Shown: in pieces, positions 33,650 through 42,926 of the stretch | Layout: each line of letters begins with the position of its first letter | Numbering within the stretch: position 1 is the first letter of the stretch | Assembly (NCBI GenBank): GCA_023253795.1 | Contig: JALRFG010000001.1 | Span: 1-42,926, forward strand | Origin: Methylocystis sp. | GTDB taxonomy: Bacteria; Pseudomonadota; Alphaproteobacteria; Rhizobiales; Beijerinckiaceae | DNA: 42,926 bases | Direction: 5' to 3' | Notes under the pieces: generated by a model | Databases searched by the model: none | What the model was told of the DNA's origin: nothing | Seen by the model: the letters and a program-made list of their open reading frames with translations, nothing else | Made by a program: the position numbers and the translations under genes

Positions 33650-33749
33650 GCCGTGCAAGACGCAGGAACCGCGAACATTGCGCGCCACGGTTGTTTGCGC
33701 TAGCACCATGCGGTGCGCGGCGCGGCCGCACCCAGCAGGTTAAAGCAGG

Positions 33750-33983
33750 ATGAGCGACAAGCCGATCAATTACCTTCATCTGTCGACGATTGTCGCAGTG
33801 GCGATCCTCGTTGGCACGGAGCTTGTTGGCGCGTCATGGGCCGCCGGCTGGGCGCTGGGCGGCCTGTTCCAGCTTGATCCGATGGTGAGCCGCGCGCTGG
33901 AAGTGTTTTTCTCGGTGCTGGGTTTCGTCGGCCTCTATTTCTTTATGCGGACCGCCATCAAAAACGAGCCGATCCGCGGCTGA
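33750..33983 (+). CDS. Hypothetical 2-TM membrane protein (77 aa)
   Basis: AGGA upstream; two hydrophobic segments; AAGWALGGLF. Confidence 0.7.
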   Translation: MSDKPINYLHLSTIVAVAILVGTELVGASWAAGWALGGLFQLDPMVSRALEVFFSVLGFVGLYFFMRTAIKNEPIRG

Positions 33984-34057
33984 GCGACGACACGTCTTTA
34001 TAAAGTTCGGCAGTTTTATTTTTCATCCACGACACCAAACGGTCGGGAGCCTTAGCC

Positions 34058-35635
34058 ATGTTTAACAAGCAGGATCGCCGCTCTTTTCTCAAGGTCGCTG
34101 CGGCGACGGGCGCTTTGGGGGCCGTCGGCGGCGAGCCGGCGCAGGCGCAAACCAGCGCCATGAAGCTTGGCGAGCCGCATCCTTTCTCCTTTGAGTTGCT
34201 CAAGCAGGAAGCGCAGCGGCTCATCAAGGAACCCTACCGCAAGCCGAATATTCCGGCGCCGGAAATCACCTCGAAAATCGATTACGAGGCGTGGGGCAAG
34301 ATCACCTACAACACCGACCACGCCCTCTTCGCCGACACGAAAGAGCGCTTTCCGGTAGAGTTTTTTCATCTCGGCAAATTCTTCCAGAAGGCCGTGCGCG
34401 TTTATGCTGTCGATAGCGGCCTGGCGCGGGAGATCGTCTACGATCCGATCTATTTCAACATGCCCGCCGATTCCATCGCGCATCAGTTGCCGGCAGGCGC
34501 GGGTTTTGCCGGCTTCCGCATACAGGAATCAAAAGACGGCGCGCTCGACTGGAAAAAGAACGATTGGGTCGCCTTTCTCGGCGCCTCCTATTTCCGCGCC
34601 ATCGGCGCTCTGCGCCAATATGGCCTGTCTGCGCGCGGCGTCGCACTCGACACCTGGCAAGCGGGCACGAACGAAGAGTTCCCCGACTTCACCCATATTT
34701 ATGTCGGTCCGGAGACGGCCGATGGCGTTGTCCTGCACGCCCTGCTGGAAGGCCCGTCGATCGTCGGCGCCTATAAATTCCTGATGATACGCGGCAAGGG
34801 CGTGGTGATGGACATCGACTGCGCCCTCTATCTGCGCGGCTCCTTCACACGCTTTGGCCTGGCGCCGCTGACTTCCATGTATTGGTTCTCGGAAACCGTG
34901 AAACCGACGGCCGTCGACTGGCGACCGGAAGTGCATGACTCAGACGGGCTGAGCATGTGGACCGGCGCCGGCGAGCGTCTGTGGCGACCGCTCAATAATC
35001 CGGGCCGCGTCATGGCCTCCGCTTTTGGCGACAATAATCCCAAAGGCTTCGGGCTGATGCAGCGTGATCGCAATTTCGATCACTATCTCGACGGCGTGTT
35101 TTACGATCGCCGTCCGAGCGTTTGGATCGAACCGAAAGGCGACTGGGGCAAGGGCACGGTCCAGCTGATCGAAATTCCGACCGACGACGAGATCCACGAC
35201 AATATCGTCGCCATGTGGGTGCCCGAGAAACCCGCCGTCCCCGGCGCGAGTTTTGAGCTCTCCTATCGCCTCCACTGGCAGGCCGACGAACCCTTCCCGA
35301 CGCCGCTGGCGCGCTGCGTCGCGACGCGTCTGGGCAATGGCGGTCAGCCGGGCCTGACGCGTCCCAAAGGCGTGCGCAAATTCATGATCGAGTTTCTCGG
35401 CGAGTCGCTGGCCAAACTGCCGTTCGGCGTCAAACCGGAACCGGTGCTCTGGGCGTCACGCGGGACCTTCTCCTACGTCTTCACCGAAGCGGTGTTCGAT
35501 GAGGTGCCCGGCCACTGGCGCGCACAATTCGATCTCACGGTCGATGGACCGGACCCTGTGGAGATGCGCCTGTATCTCAAGCATGGCGACACCATGCTGA
35601 GCGAAAACTGGCTGTACCAGTATCACCCGTTCTGA
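34058..35635 (+). CDS. Periplasmic glucan biosynthesis protein OpgG/OpgD (MdoG family), Tat-exported
   Basis: Tat signal RRSFLK, FLGASYFRA, YGLSARG, RPEVHDSDGL, DEIHDNIV. Confidence 0.93.
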   Translation: MFNKQDRRSFLKVAAATGALGAVGGEPAQAQTSAMKLGEPHPFSFELLKQEAQRLIKEPYRKPNIPAPEITSKIDYEAWGKITYNTDHALFADTKERFPVEFFHLGKFFQKAVRVYAVDSGLAREIVYDPIYFNMPADSIAHQLPAGAGFAGFRIQESKDGALDWKKNDWVAFLGASYFRAIGALRQYGLSARGVALDTWQAGTNEEFPDFTHIYVGPETADGVVLHALLEGPSIVGAYKFLMIRGKGVVMDIDCALYLRGSFTRFGLAPLTSMYWFSETVKPTAVDWRPEVHDSDGLSMWTGAGERLWRPLNNPGRVMASAFGDNNPKGFGLMQRDRNFDHYLDGVFYDRRPSVWIEPKGDWGKGTVQLIEIPTDDEIHDNIVAMWVPEKPAVPGASFELSYRLHWQADEPFPTPLARCVATRLGNGGQPGLTRPKGVRKFMIEFLGESLAKLPFGVKPEPVLWASRGTFSYVFTEAVFDEVPGHWRAQFDLTVDGPDPVEMRLYLKHGDTMLSENWLYQYHPF

Positions 35636-35643
35636 TCGAAGCG

Positions 35644-35970
35644 TTATTTTGAGGCTGGCGCCGCCGGCGGCAGGATCGAAGACGGCGCGCCCTCTTCGGC
35701 AGGATTGCCCTGCGGCACGCAAAAAGCCCAGGCGACCGGGCGCCGGTCTTTTTTCTGGACGAACACCGTCACATTCGGAGGCAGGTCCGATATTTTGTGG
35801 CTGCTGGCGTCTTCTGGCTTCGGCGCGGCAAGCTCGACTTTGTCATAGCCGCCATCCGGCAAAGCGGCGCGGGCGGCCTGACAGGCGGCCCAGCTCTGAT
35901 GATAGTTAGAGGCGATGTTGCCGCCCTGACCGCTGATGACAATGAGCGTCGCAACAATTTTGCTGATCAT
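35644..35970 (-). CDS. Hypothetical, probably exported protein with two Cys
   Basis: Short hydrophobic N-terminus; WAACQAA...AFCVP; Pro-rich tail. Confidence 0.6.
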   Translation of the reverse strand: MISKIVATLIVISGQGGNIASNYHQSWAACQAARAALPDGGYDKVELAAPKPEDASSHKISDLPPNVTVFVQKKDRRPVAWAFCVPQGNPAEEGAPSSILPPAAPASK

Positions 35971-36016
35971 TATAACCGCCCCGGCTTCAGGTCAGCCTGC
36001 ATCGCATATATCGCGC

Positions 36017-36110
36017 AAAAAGAAAAAGGACCGCTGAACGGGCCAGCGGTCCAAAGTCTAGGGAGGAAAACGCCAAGGAGGCGTAGGGGCACCATCTCCG
36101 GGACAATCGG
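36017..36110 (-). ncRNA. suhB/MmgR (alpha-r8) sRNA, copy 1; 5' end approximate
   Basis: Minus strand ACGCC-TCCTT-GGCGT TTTCCTCCCTAGACTT then terminator GGACCGCTG..CAGCGGTCC TTTTT, matching the MmgR/suhB core. Confidence 0.85.
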
Positions 36111-36224
36111 CTGAATTGTGGCAAAAACTATGAAACCGCATCAATTCAACCTGCTGTTGCATAATAGCCACACTGCGCGACAGAGCCGGCGCAAATGCGC
36201 GCCCAGATGAAGGAAAGACAAAAT

Positions 36225-36298
36225 AAAAAAAGACCGCCGGTTTCCCGGCGGTCCAAGTCAAGGGAGGGAGTGCCCAAGGAGATATCCTCATATTGAGC
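36225..36298 (-). ncRNA. suhB/MmgR (alpha-r8) sRNA, copy 2 (variant)
   Basis: Minus strand CTCCTTGGG CACTCCCTCCCTTGACTT then GACCGCCGG-gaaa-CCGGCGGTC TTTTTTT. Confidence 0.75.
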
Positions 36299-36304
36299 AA
36301 AACA

Positions 36305-36333
36305 AATATATTTGTGCGGCGCACAAAATTCAA
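36305..36333 (-). promoter_or_regulatory. Sigma70 promoter of sRNA copy 2 with a PhaR/AniA-type operator as its spacer
   Basis: TTGAAT-N17-TATATT. The 17-bp spacer (36311-36327) is the palindrome TTTGTGCG-G-CGCACAAA containing TGC-N3-GCA. Confidence 0.7.
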
Positions 36334-36708
36334 CAATGATTTGATCTTAAGTGTATTTAGCCGCCCAAATTGAGTTTTGACGCGCGCGATCTGACCCTGA
36401 TCGCCGGAGACAGAGGCATTTTACCAACGATGTGGACGCAGGATGGGCGTAGTGGCGCAATTCCGCCTGAAAGGTAAGTCGTTCATGGCGAGTTGCGCTA
36501 TATGTGGTGAGTCGAAGCGAATCCCCGTCGTCGCCGACGGAACAGGTGGAGATCAGACAGGCTGCGCGGCATAAACCCGGAAAATTCAGCCTCATGATCC
36601 CGCGTAGCTGTGGCGTAAACGCCATCATTCATTCTGGATGGCGCGCGATTTTCGATCATCCGGCTCAACGTCCATAACCGCGGCTCTTTCGAGAAAGGAC
36701 ACATTCAC

Positions 36709-36924
36709 ATGTCATCTAATCGCACGAAATACGGATTGCTTCTCGGCGGCGGCGTTCTCGCCGGCTTCCTGTTTCCACTGCTTGCGCTTCTTCTGCTCGC
36801 AACGGCCGGGCTGATGATCGCTTCCGGTAAAGAACCGCAAAAAACCGAAGAGTTCCTCAATGGCGTTCCGGGCGGCAACTACGTCCTCAAAGCTCTGACG
36901 CAGATTGATGAGTTTCTTTCCTGA
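36709..36924 (+). CDS. Hypothetical small membrane protein (71 aa)
   Basis: AAAGGA RBS; N-terminal hydrophobic hairpin. Confidence 0.65.
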   Translation: MSSNRTKYGLLLGGGVLAGFLFPLLALLLLATAGLMIASGKEPQKTEEFLNGVPGGNYVLKALTQIDEFLS

Positions 36925-36958
36925 TTGACCCAGAGCCGGCGGACCAGGGCTTGAACAT

Positions 36959-37810
36959 ATGAAGCAGAATTTTGCGACACTTTTTTTTTCTGTTCTCTGC
37001 CTGCTCTTCGCCACCACATCTTTGCGCGCCGGCGATGGTTTGTTGCCGGGCGCAACCGACAAAGACCCACTGACGATCGAAGCGAACCGCCTCGATATGA
37101 AGGATGCCCAGAAACTGCTGGTTTATACCGGCGAGGTTCTGGTTACGAACGGCCCTTCAACGCTCAAATCCGCAAATCTCACGATCTTTCTCGACAATGC
37201 TGCAGAAGGAGCGGCAGGAGGATCAACGACGGATCGCGTCAACAGAGTTGACGCTGCAGGTCCAGTCGTCATCAACACACAAAAAGAAACCTATTCCGGC
37301 AATCAGCTTAATTACGAGCGTGCTCAAAATAAAATTTATATGACCGGCAACGTCACCATTCAACAGGGAGACGGCCTCACCAAGGCGGATAATCTGGAAT
37401 TTGATAAAGCAACCAGCTCCGCTTTGCTGACAGGCAACGTCATTTATCAAAAAGGCGCGTCTGTCGTGAAGGGCGAAAAACTCATCTACGATCAGGCCAA
37501 GGATAAAGTCTTTCTGACCGGCAATGTCATTTATGTCTCCGGCGAGACCACGGTGACAGGAACCAAAATGGATTTCGACAAGAAAGCGAATACGGCTCTG
37601 TTCACAGGCAATGTCGTCTACGCAAAAAAAGACACCGTCGTTAAAGGCGACGCCATGGAATATAATCTAACGACAAACCAGGGCGTTGTTCGCACCGGCG
37701 CACCGACGACCGGCGCGGCAGTCGGACCGTTGGGCGACGAAGCAGCGCCGCTTACGCCACGCCCACGAGTGAAAGCTATTTTTACGCCCGGTCAGGGCAA
37801 GGGGATGTAA
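36959..37810 (+). CDS. LptA/OstA-family periplasmic protein with extra 29-aa internal repeats
   Basis: Signal peptide, PLTIEANRL, TGEV/AGPV/TGNV jellyroll units, C-terminal RVKAIFTP. Confidence 0.85.
   Translation: MKQNFATLFFSVLCLLFATTSLRAGDGLLPGATDKDPLTIEANRLDMKDAQKLLVYTGEVLVTNGPSTLKSANLTIFLDNAAEGAAGGSTTDRVNRVDAAGPVVINTQKETYSGNQLNYERAQNKIYMTGNVTIQQGDGLTKADNLEFDKATSSALLTGNVIYQKGASVVKGEKLIYDQAKDKVFLTGNVIYVSGETTVTGTKMDFDKKANTALFTGNVVYAKKDTVVKGDAMEYNLTTNQGVVRTGAPTTGAAVGPLGDEAAPLTPRPRVKAIFTPGQGKGM
37256..37690 (+). repeat. Five 87-bp coding tandem repeat units in the LptA-like gene
   Basis: AC(C/A)GGCAA(C/T)GTC at 37343, 37430, 37517 and 37604 (period exactly 87), plus a degenerate AGPV unit at 37256. 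Confidence 0.9.
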
Positions 37811-38103
37811 ACGAGGCGCGACCGGATTTGGGCGACCACTTTTCCACTGCGATCAACACGGCGCTTTTGCGTAAGTTTTGAGTTGTTCCCAGAAATATCA
37901 AGCGCTTTAAGATGCAACCTGCATACTCCCCAAGGCGAACTCCGCCTGATTTCATAATCAAGGCGAGCCCCATTGCAATTGGTCGTCATCAAAATCATTT
38001 ATCGACTCGTGCCGATGCCGTATGGTTTAACCCGGGGGACGGGTTGGACCGGTGCTACCGGACACGCCGCAGCATAAAATTGATCGAAGAAGGAAACGAC
38101 TGA

Positions 38104-38343
38104 ATGCGCAATATTATCCGGATTTCCGCTTTTCTGGCCCTTTTCGCGGCTGCGCCCGCATTCGCTGGCGGCACCGCCGATCAGCAGGCCGCTTGCGAAA
38201 ACGACGCTCGCACCTACTGCGATTCAGCCATTCCGGACGAGAACGCCATTGAGAAGTGCCTGCGCGCCAATGTCTCGAAGCTGAGCCCTGACTGCCGCGC
38301 GCAGTTCGGTGGCGGCAAAGGCGGCAAGGGCAAGCGCCGCTAA
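38104..38343 (+). CDS. Small secreted four-Cys protein (cysteine-rich repeat type)
   Basis: AAGGA RBS, signal peptide ending AFA, ACENDARTYC...IEKCL....KLSPDCR. Confidence 0.8.
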   Translation: MRNIIRISAFLALFAAAPAFAGGTADQQAACENDARTYCDSAIPDENAIEKCLRANVSKLSPDCRAQFGGGKGGKGKRR

Positions 38344-38398
38344 GAGAGGCGAAAGCCCTCGGCAATTACGCGACAAGAACGCATAAGCTTCTGTCAAC

Positions 38399-38433
38399 AA
38401 CGCGCGGTGGTCATCGACCACCGCGCGTTTTTT
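38399..38433. terminator. Intrinsic terminator between convergent 38104 ORF and leuB
   Basis: AACGCGCGGTGGTC-atc-GACCACCGCGCGTT followed by a T run. Confidence 0.8.
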
Positions 38434-38440
38434 GTTGTGA

Positions 38441-39550
38441 TCAGCCCAGAGACTTTTTCAGTTCGGCGACAATTGCGTCGCCCATCTGGCCAGTCGAAAC
38501 GCTGGCCGGGGCGTCGCCCTTGATGTCGACGGTGCGCAATCCCTTGGACAAAACGGCGGCGATGGCCGCATCGATGGCGTCCGCCGCCTTAGGCAGATCG
38601 AAGGAATAGCGCAAGGCCATGCCCAGCGAGCCGATCATGGCGATCGGATTGGCGATTCCCTTGCCGGCGATATCCGGCGCCGAGCCATGGCAGGGCTCAT
38701 ACATCGCATGGCGCTTGCCCTTGGGGTCAGCGGCGCCGAGCGAGGCCGACGGCAACATGCCAAGCGAACCGGTCAGCATGGCGGCCTCGTCGGAGAGCAT
38801 GTCGCCAAACAGATTGTCGGTCACGACGACATCGAACTGCTTGGGCCAGCGCACAAGCTGCATCGCCAGCGCATCCGCCAGCATGTGTTCGAGCTTGACG
38901 TCCGAATATTCACGCTTGTGCAGGGCGGTGATGACTTCGCGCCACAGATAGCCGGACTTCATCACATTGGCTTTTTCCGACGATGTCACCTTATTGCTGC
39001 GCTTGCGCGCCAGTTCAAAGGCGACGCGGCCAATGCGTTCGATCTCGTAGGTTTCATAGACCTGCGTATCGACGGCGCGTTTCTGGCCATTGCCGAGATC
39101 AGTGATTTCCTTCGGCTCGCCAAAATAGACGCCGCCGGTCAATTCGCGCACGATCATGATGTCGAGGCCGTCGACGAGCTCGCGCTTGAGCGAGGAGGCG
39201 TCTGCCAGCGCCGGATAGCAGATCGCGGGACGCAGATTGGCGAACAGTGCGAGATCCTTGCGCAGACGCAGCAGGCCGGCCTCGGGACGCACGTCATAGG
39301 GGACGCCATCCCATTTCGGCCCGCCAACGGCGGCGAGCAGCACGGCGTCGGCCGCATGCGCCAGTTTCATGTCGCCTTCGCTGATCGCAACGCCATGAGC
39401 GTCATAGGCGGCGCCGCCGACCAGACCGCGTTCGATCTCGAATTTCGCGACGCCCGCTGCGCTGAGCAGGGCGAGAACCTTCTCCGCCTCGGCGGTGATT
39501 TCCGGGCCGATGCCGTCGCCGGGCAGGAGCAGGAGCTTATAGGCGGACAT
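38441..39550 (-). CDS. leuB: 3-isopropylmalate dehydrogenase
   Basis: [46 protein letters not shown]. Confidence 0.97.
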   Translation of the reverse strand: MSAYKLLLLPGDGIGPEITAEAEKVLALLSAAGVAKFEIERGLVGGAAYDAHGVAISEGDMKLAHAADAVLLAAVGGPKWDGVPYDVRPEAGLLRLRKDLALFANLRPAICYPALADASSLKRELVDGLDIMIVRELTGGVYFGEPKEITDLGNGQKRAVDTQVYETYEIERIGRVAFELARKRSNKVTSSEKANVMKSGYLWREVITALHKREYSDVKLEHMLADALAMQLVRWPKQFDVVVTDNLFGDMLSDEAAMLTGSLGMLPSASLGAADPKGKRHAMYEPCHGSAPDIAGKGIANPIAMIGSLGMALRYSFDLPKAADAIDAAIAAVLSKGLRTVDIKGDAPASVSTGQMGDAIVAELKKSLG

Positions 39551-39818
39551 GAAAACCTCTTTTTCGTACAGGCGGTGGAGGATATCGGGCCGTCAATAAA
39601 ACGGCGTCCGACGCGACGCAACACCGCAGGCCGTTTTCCGCGTCTCAAGCGCTTGTGCGACAATTCGCGCGCGGTTGCGCCCTTGCCGCAAAGCGGGATC
39701 GTGTGCAGCTTGAACTTTGTCAAATACGAAGGTTTTGCGCGACGAAACGCGCCTGCCCGGCGCCGCGTCGGGAATGGCCAAAACAATGTTTCGCGCGCCA
39801 CGGAAGGAGACGCAGGAC

Positions 39819-40286
39819 ATGAAAAAACTGATGATCGCCGCCGCTGCGCTTGTCGCCGGTTTTGTGGTTTCGGCGCCGGCGAACGCTTTTTGCGTCTTCA
39901 ATTGCGAACCCAAGCCTGAAATGGCGCGCAAGGTGTTCGAAAATCTGGTCAAGAAGAAATTCGACCCTGAGGCAGTTGTCGAAAAATTCGATATCACCCG
40001 CGGCTGGCCGCTGGATGTCGAGGGCGCGGGCCACGCTGGCTACGAGTTTTATTTCACCGCCAAGGTGAAATTCCCCAAGGGCGCCAATCTCGACTGTAAG
40101 CCCGAGGCTGACGGCAAGGTCAAGGAAGGCTGCTCGGCCAGCACCTATTACTCCACCACCATCCAGAACCAGATGGTCAAGGAGCGCCAGTATATTGAGC
40201 CGGGCGCCACGATCGACTTCAAGGATGAAACCCGCTTTGACGAGGGCGGCGGCAACTGGAAGGGCCAAGACGGCAACAAATACTAA
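39819..40286 (+). CDS. Uncharacterised secreted protein (155 aa), apparent paralog of 20847..21251
   Basis: AAGGAG/AGGA upstream, Sec signal ending ANA, four Cys, ends W.GQDGNKY, own terminator. Confidence 0.8.
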   Translation: MKKLMIAAAALVAGFVVSAPANAFCVFNCEPKPEMARKVFENLVKKKFDPEAVVEKFDITRGWPLDVEGAGHAGYEFYFTAKVKFPKGANLDCKPEADGKVKEGCSASTYYSTTIQNQMVKERQYIEPGATIDFKDETRFDEGGGNWKGQDGNKY

Positions 40287-40315
40287 GCTCCCCTCCCCCC
40301 TCGGGATAAAAAACC

Positions 40316-40346
40316 ATCGCGCGCCGCTCCGGCGCGCGATTTTTTT
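40316..40346 (+). terminator. Intrinsic terminator
   Basis: ATCGCGCGCCG-ctc-CGGCGCGCGAT followed by TTTTTT. Confidence 0.8.
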
Positions 40347-40466
40347 GCCTATATGTCATCAAAAGCCCGGCAGACTTTGCGCGCCGGCGGTCATGGTGTA
40401 GAAGCGCGGCGGAATTGAGCGTCGAGCGCCCGCTGACGGGCCGCTCCGCGTCAGGGAAGGACTGAA

Positions 40467-41075
40467 ATGACGCAGGTTATTCTGGCGATCCATCTGATGG
40501 TGGTGATCGCCCTGATCATCGTGATTTTGTATCAGAAATCCGAAGGCGGCGCGCTCGGCATGGGCGGCGGCCAGGGCGGCGTATTCACCGGTCGGGGTCA
40601 GGCCAACGCCCTGACCCGCGCCACCGGCATCCTCGCCACGGCGTTTTTCCTCACCAGCATTGCGCTCACGGTGATTCCGGCCTGGCAGCGTCGCATCGAA
40701 GGCGGCGGCGACTGGACCAAGGCGATCAATCAGGGTGACGCGAAGGTCAAGGAAATCAAGCCCGGCGAAAAGGCTCCTGTCGCGCCGGAGTCCGGCAAGG
40801 ACAGCATCTTCGATCAGTTGCAGCGCGCCCAGCAGCAGCGCCAGCAGCAGGACGCGCCGGCGAGCGCGCCCGCCCCGACGCCTGCGGCTCCCGCCGCTGT
40901 CGCGCCGAAGTTAGAGGCTCCGAAGGTCGAAGCGCCCAAGGCTGAAGCCCCGAAGGCTACAGCGCCCGCGACTGTCGCGCCCAAAGTTGAAGCGCCGAAG
41001 GCTGCGGCTCCGGCAGCGACTGCGCCCGCCCCGGCTGAGCCGCCGCCGGTCAAATGGACGACGCCGAGCAAGTAA
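40467..41075 (+). CDS. secG: Preprotein translocase SecG with long Pro/Ala/Lys-rich tail
   Basis: IHLMVVIALI..ILYQKSEGGALG, RGQANALTRAT..LA..FF.TSI.L; upstream of pyrG. Confidence 0.93.
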   Translation: MTQVILAIHLMVVIALIIVILYQKSEGGALGMGGGQGGVFTGRGQANALTRATGILATAFFLTSIALTVIPAWQRRIEGGGDWTKAINQGDAKVKEIKPGEKAPVAPESGKDSIFDQLQRAQQQRQQQDAPASAPAPTPAAPAAVAPKLEAPKVEAPKAEAPKATAPATVAPKVEAPKAAAPAATAPAPAEPPPVKWTTPSK

Positions 41076-41171
41076 GCGGCGTCACGGTTATCCGACAATT
41101 TTAGAAATTGGCTGGGGAAGGTTCTTCCCCGGCCCAAGAATCCGCTATCCACGCGGCAAGAAAATCGATAG

Positions 41172-42812
<1,641 letters not shown>

Positions 42813-42826
42813 TCGGCGGCGGCGCT

Positions 42827-42926
42827 CTATCGGCTCATGCCGCCGAGCACGCCGCGTAAAATCTGTCGGGCGATTTGCGTGCCGGCCGAACGCGCCGCCG
42901 ACTGCACCGCCGAGCGTAAAGCGATC
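42827..42926 (-). CDS. C-terminus of a probable DUF853/YjgR HerA-like ATPase, truncated by window edge
   Basis: Manual translation IALRSAVQSAARSAGTQIARQILRGVLGGMSR-stop resembles the DUF853 C-terminus. Confidence 0.6.
   Translation of the reverse strand, partial: IALRSAVQSAARSAGTQIARQILRGVLGGMSR

Noticed and set aside
33812-33826. Sigma54-like TGGCACG-N4-TTGT about 240 bp upstream of opgG
   Set aside because: Lies inside a coding region (VGTELV) and lacks the -12 GC; probably chance
36347-36704. ORFs 36347..36628 and 36498..36704 (-)
   Set aside because: No recognisable motif or RBS; treated as intergenic

Overview
High-GC alphaproteobacterial (Hyphomicrobiales; Methylocystis/Methylosinus-like by impression, not proven) chromosomal backbone. 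Most genes are housekeeping: hdaA fragment, AI-2E transporter, potGHI, holC, pepA, lptG, dsbA-aroQ-accBC-aat, tRNA-Cys, mgtC, topA, rnr, rpmG, kdsB-pheA-HIT, DEAD-box helicase, clpS-clpA, uvrA, dctA, ssb, opgG/D, leuB, secG, pyrG. I saw no IS, integrase or CRISPR array. Signals not explained by routine annotation: (1) an LptA/OstA-like protein lengthened by exact 87-bp (29-aa) beta-jellyroll repeats, far from lptC/lptB, plus a lone lptG with no lptF or lptD beside it; (2) two dispersed, apparently paralogous exported Cys-containing proteins of an unrecognised family (20847 and 39819); (3) three unannotated sRNA genes, namely two tandem suhB/MmgR copies (one with a perfect PhaR/AniA-type palindrome filling its promoter spacer) and an alpha-r7-like three-hairpin RNA; (4) an orphan N4/N6 DNA methyltransferase inside pepA-holC-potGHI; (5) a dctA gene separating uvrA from the LexA box that stays with ssb. 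All calls come from reading motifs by eye; no database search was run.
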